Assembly (NCBI GenBank): GCA_951406725.2
Contig: OX597817.1
Span: 7,502,001-7,566,000 of the forward strand
Direction of reading: 5' to 3'
DNA from: Octopus vulgaris
Taxonomy: Eukaryota
DNA: 64,000 nt
Shown one piece after another: positions 25,851-40,449 of the stretch (within the stretch, counting starts at the first letter, position 1; each line of letters starts with the position of its first letter). The notes below the pieces were generated by a model. The model was not told the DNA's origin. It searched no databases and was given only the letters and a program-made list of their open reading frames with translations. Position numbers and translations under genes: made by a program.

Positions 25851-27094
25851 CGAAGAGGTACCCAAAAGAAACCGAAATGTTGCAGTATTATTCTGTTCGT
25901 TTAATTTTCATCTTTACACTTTTATCATCTTCAAAGTATTCTCCATTTGAAGTAATGTATCGGTCCAGATGCGTTTACCATTCTTCAAAGCAGTCCTAAA
26001 ACTCTTGCGAAGTGATGCCTTCTAACGCCTCCGTCGTTTTTTCTTGGCCCCTTCCACATCTGCAAAATGTATTCCTTTAAGGAGGTTTTTCATTCGAGGG
26101 GATAAAAAAATGTTGCATGGAGCGAGATCGGTTAATAGGGAGGGTGGATAAACGAAGTCATGCCATTTTGAGTCAAAATCTGCCTCACACTCAAGGTGGA
26201 GTGCATAGGTGCATTATCTTGGTGAAACCACCACTCCCCATTTTTCGACTTGCAGTATCTCGCAAATGCTTCAGAACCGCCAAGTAAAATGTTTGGTTAA
26301 CAGTTAGACCAGGAGGAACAAATAATTATGTGGACAATTCCTTTCGCATCGAGAAACAAATCTGCATCGTCTTGACATAAGACTTCACATACTGCACTGT
26401 TGGGTGAGGGCGTGGTGACATTGAATGCCTCCATTGAGTTGATTGATGCTTCGTTTCTTGGTCGGAGCACTAGCACCAGCTTTCATCAACAGTGATTACC
26501 TTTGAAAAAAAGGTTCGGATCAGTTTCCAGCTGTTCTTTCCGTTCACAATACGCATCCAGTCGTGACTCTTTTTTCCGTTCACAATACGCACCCAAGTAG
26601 CAGTAAGACAACAGTGAACGATGCTGGTCGGCAGACAGATGACAAGTTCGCTGACGGTCCTCCAAGATCAGTTCATGAATTTTCGTAATGCTTTCATTCG
26701 TTCGGAAACCTGAAATACAATTATTGAAAACAAGTGGATGTATTCCACTGAAACTAGGTAAATATCACTCGTAAACTTCTGTTTTGCACATAGCAGACTC
26801 CTTGTAAGCTGTTTGAGGCATGGCAACTGTTTTGGCCACCGTTTTCCTCAGTAGAAAACAGAATTTCACTGCAGCATGCTGTTCCATCGTTTACGCCAGC
26901 ACCAAAATTGATGTTCACGAGAGAAGTACTGGAAAACAAAGAGACGGACCAAGTAGCAGTAAGACAACAGTGAACGATGCTGGTCGGCAGACGGATAACT
27001 GAGTGTCGCATCAAGTGGATTCTAACAGCGGAAACCTGAAATACAACGGGCTGGTCCAATAGAGAATGTTCCGGTTACTTTTGGGTACTCCCCG
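25851..27094 (-). mobile_element. Mariner-family transposon, degenerate and internally rearranged
   Basis: TIRs cgaagaggtacccaaaagaaaccgaaat versus the reverse complement of gttccggttacttttgggtactccccg. Minus strand shows HQDNAPMH, DLAPCN and WxxxLDRYITSNGEYFEDD mariner C-terminal motifs with stops and frameshifts. Confidence 0.87.
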
Positions 27095-27964
27095 CATGTA
27101 TGTATGTATGTCTACAAAATAGAAAATAGAAAATATGCTATCTATATAGTGAACGAATTTAATTTTTTTAAAGATGAGACATATATATATATATGTGTGT
27201 GTGTGTGTGTATGTATATATTATATATAAAACAAAACAGGAAGGTGGGAAAATGCTTTGGTATTATTTATACACCTTTACACATGTGTCATTTCCTATTA
27301 GAAATTCTTCAGTAAACGAATCAAATATGTGTTGGTTGAGGTGCGTGTGTGTACATATATATATGAAATTAAAGATACAAAATTGTTTTCACAAGACATT
27401 CTATGCAAAAGTTTTACTGAAAATATACGAGTATTAAAATTCTAGTTCAGAGTTTTATAGTGAAAGATAATCACATTTTCACATAAAAAAAATTATTGCA
27501 TAGATATTAGTGCAAATTTTCCCAGAGGAAGTCTTACAGAAACAGAAATGTTATATTCTATTAACCCGTTTGCGCAGTTTTGCGACTTATTGAATTATAA
27601 AGTTAGTTTATCAATGCAATTTTAACCTATGTTTTGGATTAAAACGTGGTATGTATTTTAAGGAGAAATATCGGATCTCTGAGGTTTTCGTTACTGTTTA
27701 CAGTTATCTTTAAAATTATTTTAATATATCTTATAGATGTAGGTTTTAACGCTGAATCCGAATTTGTTATTCATTTATTCCAGAAAAGTTTTGCAAAAGT
27801 GTTACAGGTGTTCAAAGTTTGATAATTTTCAGAATTTTCAACCAATCAAAAAACAGCGGGTTCGCTGCCATTTCCATCTTCAGGGGGCGAGTGTCAGCAT
27901 GTCAAATCATTGCTACTTCCCTTGTCCATATGTATAAACATACACACATATACTCACACAGTTA

Positions 27965-29045
27965 TTTTTCTTTTCAGCGTTGAACGCTCACCATCCCACT
28001 TCCGTTGCACACACACAGACACACACATCAACCCTTGCCTTATACGCACTGATATACGCACTAACCTGCTCTGGGTGGCAAGAACAATACATAGGCCAAA
28101 CAAAAAACAGTCTACGTAAAAGGATGGCTCTGCACAGATCCCAGATCGAAATTCCGCAAAACAGAAAAATAGCATTCAGCCAACACATCGACATATGCGC
28201 CAATAACAAAAATCCAAGATTCAGAATTTTCTCCCTCTACCAATTCAGAGACGATACAACCTGTAGCCAACGAATTAGTAAAGAGACTACCTTTATTACA
28301 AAATACAGACCCCTTTTAACCGCATCTACAACAAATGACATATCCACCACGACCTTAGAATAACACAAACACACACGCAAATATTAAAAATGGTACACAC
28401 AAGAGATTCCCAAGAATTCATTAAAAACAGTTCCAATCACTGACATAATCCTTAACGATCCACTTTTAGGTCACTTAACTATTTAACATCCTACTACTAT
28501 CATACCACCTATACTCCTGCTTATTCTCCCTTCTCTTTCTCCTTCTTTTTCTTCGTCTTCTTCCCCTCCGCCACCTCCTTCCTAACTTTACCACTATTGC
28601 TGTTTAGAATATCATCTACGGAAATTTTATAAACAAACCATTCAAAAGAGATATCTGAAGAATTCAATCACTACTAGCATCCACAACAAGTCACTTTAAA
28701 GGCACTTGACCATTTAACATCCTACTCTTACCATGGCACTCCTGCATTTTTCTCCTCCCCCTTCTTCTTTTTCTTTTTCTTCTTCTTCTTATTATTCTTA
28801 TTCTTCCCTGCCAAGAATTCAGAACGACCTCGAACCCACAAGAGTAAACAAGACAGGCAGAGACAGGTAGAAACAAGGAAAATGCCACTTGTATTTGAAC
28901 ACTATACAAATATTCTTTTAAAAAAAAATTTTCTTTAAATTTTCAAAAGCTTAATTGTTTTTCATACTTACAGCTGAAAAAGTCTCAATGACTGAAACCG
29001 GTACTAAAAATGTTTTTTATAAAATTATTTTAGCATTTTCTACCT
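27965..29045 (+). mobile_element. Penelope-like retroelement 3' part: GIY-YIG domain, pLTR-like region and HHR-like motif
   Basis: ORF 27980-28363: LIYALTCSGWQEQYIGQTKNSLRKRMALHRSQI...HIDICA...RISKETTFITKYRPLL. An HHR-like motif follows at 28972-29005 and the element ends in (TA)n. Confidence 0.85.
28972..29005 (+). ncRNA. Minimal hammerhead-like motif, G8>A, probably inactive
   Basis: ag-CUGAAAA-AGUC-ucaau-GACU-GAAA-ccgg-UA-cu: stem II, palindromic CCGG loop and a 2-bp stem I. Confidence 0.65.
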
Positions 29046-29096
29046 TGACTTTTTCCATATATATACGTATATATATATATATATATAGAGAGAGAT

Positions 29097-29210
<114 letters not shown>

Positions 29211-29211
29211 C

Positions 29212-29367
<156 letters not shown>

Positions 29368-29451
29368 GCATACATGGATACGTACATGCATACATACATA
29401 GCACATACATGTATATCAGAAGATTTTTGTGAATGTATTTCAACTTATATA

Positions 29452-29516
<65 letters not shown>

Positions 29517-30268
29517 CATACTTTAAAAAGTACCTCCATCACACACACACACACATTTTCTTTCTGGTATATATGAGGGCAAGTAGAAAATATAGACTAA
29601 TTCGCTAGAAAGGTTAAATGAAGCAATATAAAATATAAGTGGACGATACGATTAAGTGTTGCACTTACTTCTGGTACATCTGCTGGGGATGTTAGCATTA
29701 TTGTTAGTAGTGTTGTTACCTATCCTGTTCTTGTTTTCGTTTCTTGCTTTTCGTATTAATTGTGAAAATACTTCATCAAATAAAGAACAGGGTAATCAAT
29801 AAAATATATAAATAGACAATGAGGTAAAATCGGATAGAGGTCGTAAGGCTATAGGAATTCAATGGTCTACACTTGACCTTGTTTCCAATCAACACAACTG
29901 TATCTCTATACGTGTGTATATATGAGTGTGCCTGTTATTGTGTGCACGTTTTTATGCATATACATGTATATACATGTAGATATGTTTTCACCTATATACA
30001 CAAATATATATGTATATATGTATATATGTATGTATATTAGCAGGTATGTATGTAAAAAAGTTTCAATGTGTGCACGTATGTATATGTGTGTATTTTACAA
30101 CGAAGAAGAAGTCGGGTTTTATAGAAATTCAAATGTTTCGTTTTCTTTTGCTTCCGGCATACACAAGACTACTCGTATAATACGAATAATCTTGTGTATA
30201 TAAAAACATATTTGATTTGCATGTGTGAATGTTCGTCGATCCATCTATGCACATTTTATGATCAATAC

Positions 30269-30391
<123 letters not shown>

Positions 30392-31134
30392 ACAGTTTTA
30401 ATAAGATAGATGAAAAAAGAGAAAAAAATATTTACTACGGCACATGTTTTGATCCGTTCTGAATCTCTTCGGGTACATAAATAAATAAATAAATAAATAA
30501 ATATATAAATAAATAAAAATAACAGTCTCACTAGCTTATATTCTTTTCTCTTGAGATCGGGACATTTAGCCATACATAAAACTGAAACTCTAGTGAGAGC
30601 TTTAATTATCTTTTACTATTATTTATGTAACCGAAAGTACCCTGAACGGTCGAAACATGTGTCGTACTAAATAAAATCTTTTTCCCATCTATTTTATTAA
30701 TACTGTTACCTCTACCGCCTGTATGAAGTTCCTGCCATTTACAGATAATAACAGGTAATCGAAACTGTGCTGGTGTTTTACTCATCATCCACTTCTACAT
30801 GTTGTATAATTTTTCCATTATATATATATATAAAGTTAATCTAAACATAATAAGTATAAGATCGTTAATTTAATTATCGATCTTATCGAGCATGGGAATA
30901 AAAACCTTCAAATGTAATAATTATTATTAAAATTATAATTTAGGGTGTCTAAGAGATACCTCCACGCTGGAAATAGCAGCCAAAATTTGACTCTAACACC
31001 ACGTTAAATGTTCATACAGTACCAGGAGAGAAGACAAAATGACAAGATGATCTAGCAAAAAAATTACTGGATATATATCCAGTATATATATATATATATA
31101 TATATATACAGAGATAGATAGATAGATAGATAGA

Positions 31135-31166
<32 letters not shown>

Positions 31167-31209
31167 CATACATATACATACATATATAAACATATATATA
31201 CATACAGAC

Positions 31210-31284
<75 letters not shown>

Positions 31285-32916
31285 AATATATTATATCAAC
31301 ATATAAACACACATATACATCGTGAATTTTAATGCATTACATATGTGTGTATGTTCGAATATTTACAAATGACCCGTATCACTGAATATCTCCAAACAAT
31401 ATTATATTGGCCGACATTATATATTTTTTCTAAAGGTTATGGGCTTTCTGTCACCGTGAGGACTAATCTTTGTACTGTTAGCTTATTTGATGTTACTCCC
31501 TAATCTTTACCAACTCCTATTATCCATATCACAAATGCTATATCATAAAATCCATATCATGAATGCAATTTTGCCCAAAATTTGCAATCTCCCTCCTACT
31601 AATTAAATTTCCCGTAATTATCTAGTTACTTTAACCATGCTCTATTTCTTAAATGTGTTTAAAAATAAGTTTATATATGGTTACTAATCAACTGCTAATT
31701 CAGTAACGCTTTTAATCCTTGTTGGGTTTGTTAACTTAATGAGGAAAGTTTTCACATCACAGAATAAAATTTACCAAATTTTCGACAGAAACGCTATTAA
31801 TTTTCTTGTTCATACTTTGAAATGTCTTCGGGAGAAGTGATGCTGTGTTGTCTAGTTACATTTGGAATTTGAAAATTAAAACTATTTAAAAAACCATCGA
31901 TGCAACCTTTTAATTAAGGCGAACCTGTCTCACTTGTTGTACTGCAGAAAGCTTAACTTTTATCTCTCGAGGATTTGGAATTGTAAATGTTTAACACTGA
32001 AAACTTTCAAACATTATTAGACTTATACTTATAAGTAATACTATAACTAATAATAGTGTATTTCCCACTTGTAACTATTCTGACAGATGTAGTTGCAACT
32101 AACATAACCTTGTACCTACTACACAGTCTCCTAATACAATAATTATGACTTAAATGTATACATTTCTGTACTCCAATTTATATTTATTGAAATTAGTTAA
32201 TTGATTAGATAAGTTGGAAATAAGAAATCCTTCTTCTTTGAAGTTTTCATTTCTGAAAGGTTACATTTCCTTAGCTGTTCTCCCCATCTACAGACTTTAA
32301 ACACTACTCATCATCACGTCCCTTTATTTCTGTCTGCGGCTGAGTGCGCACTGGCATCGGATAGGTGCCTCCATCGTAAGAATCTACAATATTAGACATA
32401 GCTCATATTAGTTTTATCATAGTTTCATCAGCCATACTCTTCCGTGCTGGCTTGGGTATGCTGGACGAGGGTATTAGTTTTGGATTTTGTGTGTGTGCTT
32501 ATGTATTCCTCTACAGGCTATTTAATTGAAATATTCCTACAAAAATTCGCTGTTAATCTTCTCTTACACCAGCAGATACTGTCAGTTTTAATTCTTCTTG
32601 ACGATTATGAACAATTCTACTCACAGAGTAACTGTGTATACATTATTATATATTTTTTTTTTCGTAAGGTGATAAAAAAAAATTCATAAAATATTACAAA
32701 TAGTTTTGGATTGATCAATGTCCAGATTTTGATCAATCTATAAGTATCTTATCTGTATTATTCTATGAATTTTTGGTCAGTCCACTTTTCCGGATTTTGA
32801 ACCTGTGTATATTCTAAGGTGAAAATTTTGAGTGGCTAGACGTATTTGGCGTCTATTTTTTAGCATATAGGAATGATGGTTATTTCTGCGCCCTTAATTA
32901 TCATTGAATTCTATGC

Positions 32917-32954
<38 letters not shown>

Positions 32955-32960
32955 ATATAT

Positions 32961-33054
<94 letters not shown>

Positions 33055-34362
33055 ACATATATATATATATATATACATATATACATGTATACATATATAT
33101 ACATATATATATTATACGTTTGTGCATGTGGCATGTGTGTGTGCGCGTGCGTGTATGTGTGTGTGTGTATGCGTGTGTGTATGTTCGTACGTATATATTC
33201 ATGCATGTATATGCAGCGGTTAGACGGAAAGCAAATCTAGTACGATCGTTTGGATTTGTCTCCTATATTGTGATTTCGTTCAAAATTCCTGTGAAATTTA
33301 AAATTGCGGAAAAGTTTAAAGAGTAATAACAGCCAGCAAATAATATTGTTCATGTCAGTTTGAGATGTACAGGAGACAACTCGAGACATATGTTTTGCTT
33401 TCTGTCACTATGATAAAAGCATATATTTCATGATACATGGCGTAGTACTGATTAGAGTGTCACATGGTAAATATGCAGTGCTGTACATTTGTTGGTGTTG
33501 AAATTATGTTTTAAAGAATAACTAATGGAGACAAATTACTCGTATATGCAGTTCACATAAAAAGCTAGAGCAAATCTCGCGTTAACATATCTAATACAGT
33601 GAGTATCAAAAGATTTGTTTAGAAATTGGTCAGTAACTAACATTTCGTTATTCTAATAGCTATCGAAGACAATCTAGTATATGATCTTCGTGTTCTCTTT
33701 ATTATACTCTCTCTTATCTCTTTCTACTTCTTAATTCACCCTACCTTTCTCCTTCTTCATCTCTCTATCTTTCACATTCTCTCTCTTTACTCTCTTTTTA
33801 AAAATTTCATGGTACATTAATTGAAACATTGGCATAGCAACGGTAATGAAATAAATAATAATAATATGAAGAAAGATACTGCGCGACCTCAGGCCAGATA
33901 ATAACGAAAATGTGGAGAGGAAGAGTGAAAGAGAGTGAAAGAGAGAGAGTGAAAATAGCAGCTCGTATCTAGGCAGTCAGTGAATAATTTCATTAAAAGT
34001 TCCAATTTGTTAAGACTGTGGGCTTCTAACTAATGTCAACAGATTTTAATTTTCCGTTAGGTATTATGATTTCTGCATCTATCTGTTTGCTATTTCAACA
34101 CTGCAAGCAGTTATTCACTGCTCATGATGATTATGTGGTTTGTATTATTCTGACTAAATAAGCATCTATCTATTATTTTCCAATACTTGTTCTCAATTGT
34201 TAAGTTCTGATCAACAGAATTGTTGCATACGAATCCACGTCTTTGAGAAATCTCTAAAAATGCTTATTTGCAGAAAACCCGATGTGCATAATCAAAACAT
34301 GTGTGTATAAATGTCTCTTGGTGTGTGTGTGTGTGTGTGCGTATGTATGTGTGGTTGGATAG

Positions 34363-34408
<46 letters not shown>

Positions 34409-35245
34409 GTATGTGTGTATGTATGTACGCATGTTCATAGTGTGTTGGAAGCGTTTGATAACTTTGTTTTATGTTTTTAGTTTCGGAGATTAAAAAATAT
34501 ATTCAGACACAGATCATTTGGAATTTACTTTCGGTTTCTCTTTTCCTGTTTGCAATGTTGGCTATATGTAAATGAGGACAGTCATTTGTGCATATATCAG
34601 ACCACTAGAAGACAGAATATAGCGTACAATATTCGTATATTACCAATATGTAAATAACCACACATAAGGGTAATTCATTGATCCGATTTATGCGCGTGTA
34701 ACTGTGTGGAGTGTGGAGGAATGTGTGTGTATGAATCAAGTTAATATTCTCTACTACGGAGTATCATTGTAAGTATATTGTTCTACTTAAATAGAATGAG
34801 CGCTCAGGAAAAACAAATCTTACAAATAGGGCGCTACTATCTCTGACGCATCTGTTTCCACGGCCCTCGATTGATATACGAAATAGATTTAGCATAATGA
34901 ACCTACATAAAAATAGTGTTGTATAGATACAGGGATATGTTTGTGTGCATCTACGCATATAAGTAAGTATATATATGTACTGTATATCATGGAAATAACA
35001 ACTATTTTTCTTTCACACTGATACAGACTGAAACAAATTTTCATGCATTTTCCAATATTTTTGGAGGCTAGAGTAAGCAGTGATTGATAAATATGATTAG
35101 CATAATCTTTAAAATTGATGTATGTATATCATAGTTTCAATTATTCTTTTGCCCCTGAGAAACAGAAATTATAGTTCCATCAATAATCACAGAGGTTAGC
35201 TTCTACTTATTATCATTGATATTTCTGTACCAACTATTACGATAG

Positions 35246-35276
<31 letters not shown>

Positions 35277-35339
35277 CATATATATGTATGTATGTATACA
35301 TGCATACGTATATATGTATGTATATATGCATACGTATAT

Positions 35340-35375
<36 letters not shown>

Positions 35376-35590
35376 AATAAATAAATAAAACATATGCATA
35401 TATACATACATATATGTATGTAACTACCTCTACATGTATATATACATGCATATATGGGTACAGGACACCAAAAAAAAAACGTCGAACACAATGAGAAACG
35501 AAAACATAAACACAAAACCAAGGAAATGGACATTTTTCTTAAACAACGAAATATATATACGTATATATATGCATACGTATATATACATAC

Positions 35591-35660
<70 letters not shown>

Positions 35661-37236
35661 TAGATAGCATTCATGCGTCCGTTTTTATAGCTAATATTAA
35701 TAATGACCAACAGATCAATTTTGGGTGAGCTTTCATATGTATAGAATAGTGTATGGAAGACAGAGGTCACGTTTCTTCGATCTATTCCTAAGAATGCATA
35801 TACATTATACATAGACAGGAATGCAAGAAGTAAAGATAATGTATATGAATAACTCGATAAGAATCTTTCTCATTCTAATTCAATGAAGAACAAGACAGAA
35901 AGTGTGATAGAACAATGCAATCGGAAGCTTACTTCTATAAGAATGTAAACAACAAAACCACACAGCACACACTGTTTCTATATTCGAATCCCGATAGGAA
36001 CTGATATGCGGTAAGCAAAGACTCGACAATCTCTTACATAAAGTCTTACAAAAACAAAAACGACAGCTAGAATGTCTTTACTTAAAATTGAATGTAGAAG
36101 CAAATGACATAACTCTTGTGATAAACCGAAATAACTCTGCTAAAACACAACTTCCGTTCTGCTGAAAAACCACGTAAATCTTGTTGCTAACTTACACAAT
36201 GTAAACTTATTAATCTTCTCAAAAGTAATCTTACTATAGTTAGTAAAATGATTGTACAGTAAACACTAAGATAAAACTAAGATTTTGAATAATTGAAATA
36301 ACAGCTTATCATTTCTTACGTTGAGAATGGAAACAAAAACGGGTTTACACAATTCAAAGTCATTTACTATAAACTTTCTTTCATCTATTCAGCTCGTCAT
36401 GGGGATACATAAATATCAGACAAAACAAATCGCAAATCATTGTACACACCAAGATACCCTTCTTGTTTAAATGTGGAGGATCAGTTTCGATATTATTATG
36501 GCAACTTAATAAATTTGGATTGTATGAATTTGGTTTGTTCAAGTTGTGAGGAAGGAGAAATCTCTCTTAATGGCATTAACTTGGGTTTGTGCACTAACGA
36601 AAGTGTATTGTTTCGTAGAGTGAAAGTGTGTGTACAACTGAAATAAATTACGACAACCAACAAATTTGGACTGAGTTTGATAGCCATGGATAGCATAACG
36701 GTCGTCATCCTTTAAACTAAGATTCAAATCATCCGTGCTCTTTAAGAAACTTTATAGCATTAAGAAAGCTAATAGAAGCCTAATTGCATATCCTTACGCA
36801 AACTAACCATCCGACAAATATCATCAAATATGTACTCATATGCATTGACAAAAGGATAATTGGATTTTCCTCCGATTAAGCCACCTTTAACAATACAAGG
36901 TGAACTTTTAAGCTTCGGCGTTACGAAGAAGAAATCAAGTACTCAGTAATTCCAAAATATTTCCCTACCTAATTAAAAACTAGTTACGAAACGGCCAGTG
37001 ATTTCCCCAGCTGTTCCACAAGAAATACATAAATGTGAGCTTCAGTTATAAGATATATTTATTGGCTTCCACAAGGCAAAAATTTGGCAAATAAACGATA
37101 AAAATGGGATGAATGAGGCCGACATACAATAGCTGATATACAAACGCTTTACTATCAAGAGGAAGAAACATTCAATACCGTGTTGATCATCACAAAAAAA
37201 GGTCACCAAGCTATCAATAATTTACAGACGTATCCT

Positions 37237-37316
37237 TTAAAAGTATTCTGCATTACTGCAATAGTCTATTTTGTCGCCGAATACATAGAAAACACCAAAG
37301 TGCTTCTTAAATATAT
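37237..37316 (-). CDS. Candidate terminal coding exon of an unidentified minus-strand gene
   Basis: Acceptor ttctttcgtctcttgatttccag. Phase-1 reading (D)IFKKHFGVFYVFGDKIDYCSNAEYF*, in phase with the exon at 37365-37440. Confidence 0.4.
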
Positions 37317-37364
37317 CTGGAAATCAAGAGACGAAAGAATAACCATTAATAATATTTAGATTAC

Positions 37365-37440
37365 CTCCATTTAGCAATGGATCAAACTTCTGTGATATTT
37401 CTTTTATGTGATTCATATCATTCTCCAGCTTACTCCACTT
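37365..37440 (-). CDS. Candidate internal exon (76 nt, phase 0 to 1)
   Basis: aaatttttacag|KWSKLENDMNHIKEISQKFDPLLNG|gtaatc. Confidence 0.45.
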
Positions 37441-38029
37441 CTGTAAAAATTTAAGTGAATTAATTTCGATCGGCTGACGCCTGCCCAAATTCCCTGTCAT
37501 AAATTATGAACATAACCCGTCTGATGCGTTGACAATATAATCATTTAAAAACACAGCTACTGTAATTTACATTGTCAATCTTTCAATGTACACGGTGGAT
37601 TATAGAAAAATCTGGTTCTGGACGTAATCCTAGCTTAAGTTACAAATGAATAAACATTAAACTCTGCACCATTTTAGTTCATCTTACTGTTTTTTATCAT
37701 AAAATTATCAATAAAAAAAAACAAACGAAGGTATAGAGATATGCATTGACTTTTTGGGGGTTTTTTTTGCAACATTAGGGTCTAGTGCTTGATACTGCTA
37801 CACAGCATCTTCAGCTAGAGTCTTCTAAAATAGGCCCAGGTAGATTAGTTCAGTGTTAGAAGAATTTTGTAAATGCAAAATGTATATATATTTTCGTATA
37901 TATATTTTCTACGCCAGTATAATTTCCATCTTCCTTCAGACTACGATTAAATAGTGTAGACAGCCTCGAGCTCGGTTTGAGTTCTGCAGTGGAAATCCTC
38001 TGAGGTTTTACTTGATATAACACATATTT

Positions 38030-38290
<261 letters not shown>

Positions 38291-38616
38291 ACATATTTAT
38301 ATCCGCACACAGACGTAATTGTGTGGTAAGTATTTTGCTTACCAGCCAAATTGTCCCGGGTTCAGCCTTGTGAGTGGATGTGTTAGACGGAAACGGAAAG
38401 AAGCCCGTCGTAAATGTGAAGAACAGACACTGAGCAACTACTTTTGGTGGTCAAATACAGGTTTATCTTTGTGGCAAACGTTGAATGCACGCCTAAGTGT
38501 TTGCGTGTGTGCCGGTTGTATGTGTATGTGTAAGCGCACCCATAAGTGATATATTTGTGTGCATACATATACACACACATGCACAGGTATATATGTATGT
38601 CTGTCAGCATATGTGT

Positions 38617-38676
<60 letters not shown>

Positions 38677-38689
38677 GTGTGTGTGTGTC

Positions 38690-39106
38690 GAGAATATACC
38701 GCCAGCATTGCCCAAACGATCTGAACATTAGTTTCAAGGTTCATCCAAGGCTGGGACCACGGGCCATACGTCCCCTGCCCAATTCAGGATCACAGCATAT
38801 AGGTGCACTGCGACACAATTTCTTTTCCTCAACAGGCCTTGCCCTGTTTAACATTATCCCGAAAAAGATCAAAGAGAAAAAGGATCCCATCACCTTTAAG
38901 CGGAGTCTGGACAGATTTCTTCAAGGAATACAGGATAAGCCACCCATACCTGGATACAACTCACTCAACAAGAACTCACTACATGAATGGACCAAAAACA
39001 AAACTTGACTTAAACAGGATTTAGATAATCCTATCAGGTGGTGCTATTAAGTTAGACATAGCCTGGACCAATCTTTGGTCGAAACATATCTAAGTTTATC
39101 TCAGTT

Positions 39107-39108
<2 letters not shown>
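38690..39108 (+). mobile_element. CR1-like LINE 3' end
   Basis: HPRLGPRAIRP..RHNFFSSTGLALFNIIPKKIKEKKDPITFKRSLDRFLQGIQDKPPIPGYNSLNKNSLHEW..KT*, then a 3' UTR and a short tandem tail (agtttatct). Confidence 0.87.
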
Positions 39109-39142
<34 letters not shown>

Positions 39143-39357
39143 TGTGTATACATACGATTAAATACGCATGCACATACGCACACATGCATTATGCGTGTGT
39201 CTGTGTGTGTTTGTGCATGTATATATATATATGTATGTACAATAATAATAATAATAATAATAATAATAAGGGTAAAATTAATTAATTAACTAATAACTAA
39301 TAATTCCACCAAGTAGTGATTCGGTATGTAAAAGACCGTTATCGGTAAATTTAAACA

Positions 39358-39488
39358 ATATTTATTATAATAAGGGTTAGGCAAAAGAATTTGCTTCACC
39401 ACACACCGAACTTTTTTTGGCTGCTATTTCTAAAGTTCGGTGTGTGGTGAAGCAAATTCTTTTGCCTAACCCTTATTATAATAAATAT
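39358..39488. repeat. Perfect inverted repeat, 57-bp arms and 17-nt loop
   Basis: 39358-39414 is the exact reverse complement of 39432-39488. Loop ttttggctgctatttct. Confidence 0.95.
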
Positions 39489-39979
39489 ACGTATGTATGT
39501 ATATGTATGAAAATGTGTATATTTAAGCCACGTGTGTCTGTGTTTAGAGACATATCTGTACATATAGATAGATATGCACACATGCCATGCACTCATACGC
39601 ACACATGCCACGCACTCATACGCACACATACACACACACGCATAGATACAACTGTATTCGTGCATATAGATTCATATCTAATTGGAGTGTGTGTATCTAT
39701 GTGTTTTCTTGCGTACATACGTAGATTTGTAGAAATGTGTTTACAAAATGCAATTGGAAGTTTCCCAGTTATGCGAATTTGTAGTATTCCTTTGTGCCTA
39801 TTATACTAATCATAGTTTGTCTAGGGGAATATTTTTTAAACCAACGCTCAATGAATAATCATCATATTTTTTTTTCCGTCTTTTGCTTTCCTCTTCTCAT
39901 CCTAATTTATGTGAAAGATATTTGTTGAATAATGCAAGAGCAGTGTGTGAAAAATCCTCTTTGTTGGCTTTACAAACAC

Positions 39980-40079
39980 CTGCTTGCTGTGATTTTCCAA
40001 ACATTGTTTCATTAGAGACACTTTAATGGTGATCTGTTCTACATCAGCTCGTTTGAAGCTCTTTCGGTATTTTGTTTCC
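39980..40079 (-). CDS. Candidate internal exon (100 nt, phase 2 to 0)
   Basis: ccttaag|G ETKYRKSFKRADVEQITIKVSLMKQCLENHSKQ|gtgttt. Phases match both neighbouring candidate exons. Confidence 0.4.
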
Positions 40080-40326
40080 CTTAAGGTTGGTTGAGCAAAT
40101 AAATTTTGACGTTTATGTCTTTTCAAAATACATTTCTTAAACTGACTATAATGAATGTTCCAAATAATTCATTCGACCATCTTTTGAGCTTTGTTTCGAT
40201 TTCATAGTGAGTAGCAAAAAAAATAAAACATTCCAGGATAGTGCCCCAGTCTGTCTGAAAAAATTTAATGATTAAAAACTACCAGGTGTCTATTCTTATT
40301 GGCTATGTTATGCACACAGACACAAA

Positions 40327-40449
40327 AGCATTTTATCCGTTACGTTATATAAAGACTAATACGTGTAGCATTTTTATATGTTACGTTATATAAAGACTAA
40401 TACGTGTAGCATTTTTATATGTTACGTTATTTAAAGACTAATACGTGTA
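40327..40449. repeat. 41-bp tandem repeat, about 3 units
   Basis: ttacgttatataaagactaatacgtgtagcatttttatatg at 40340, 40381 and 40422 (partial). Confidence 0.92.

Noticed and set aside
31690-31915. Possible TTAA-flanked DNA transposon end (..accatcgatgcaacct-ttaa); similar hint at 27561
   Set aside because: No matching second terminus found by eye, so not called.
36496-36708. 70-aa minus-strand ORF with a hydrophobic N-terminus
   Set aside because: It lies in the presumed 3' UTR of the candidate gene, overlapping ORFs occur on both strands, and there is no motif.
40327-40449. Regularly spaced repeats (also 24003-24117) as a possible CRISPR array
   Set aside because: Contiguous tandem units without unique spacers, no cas genes, eukaryotic context.
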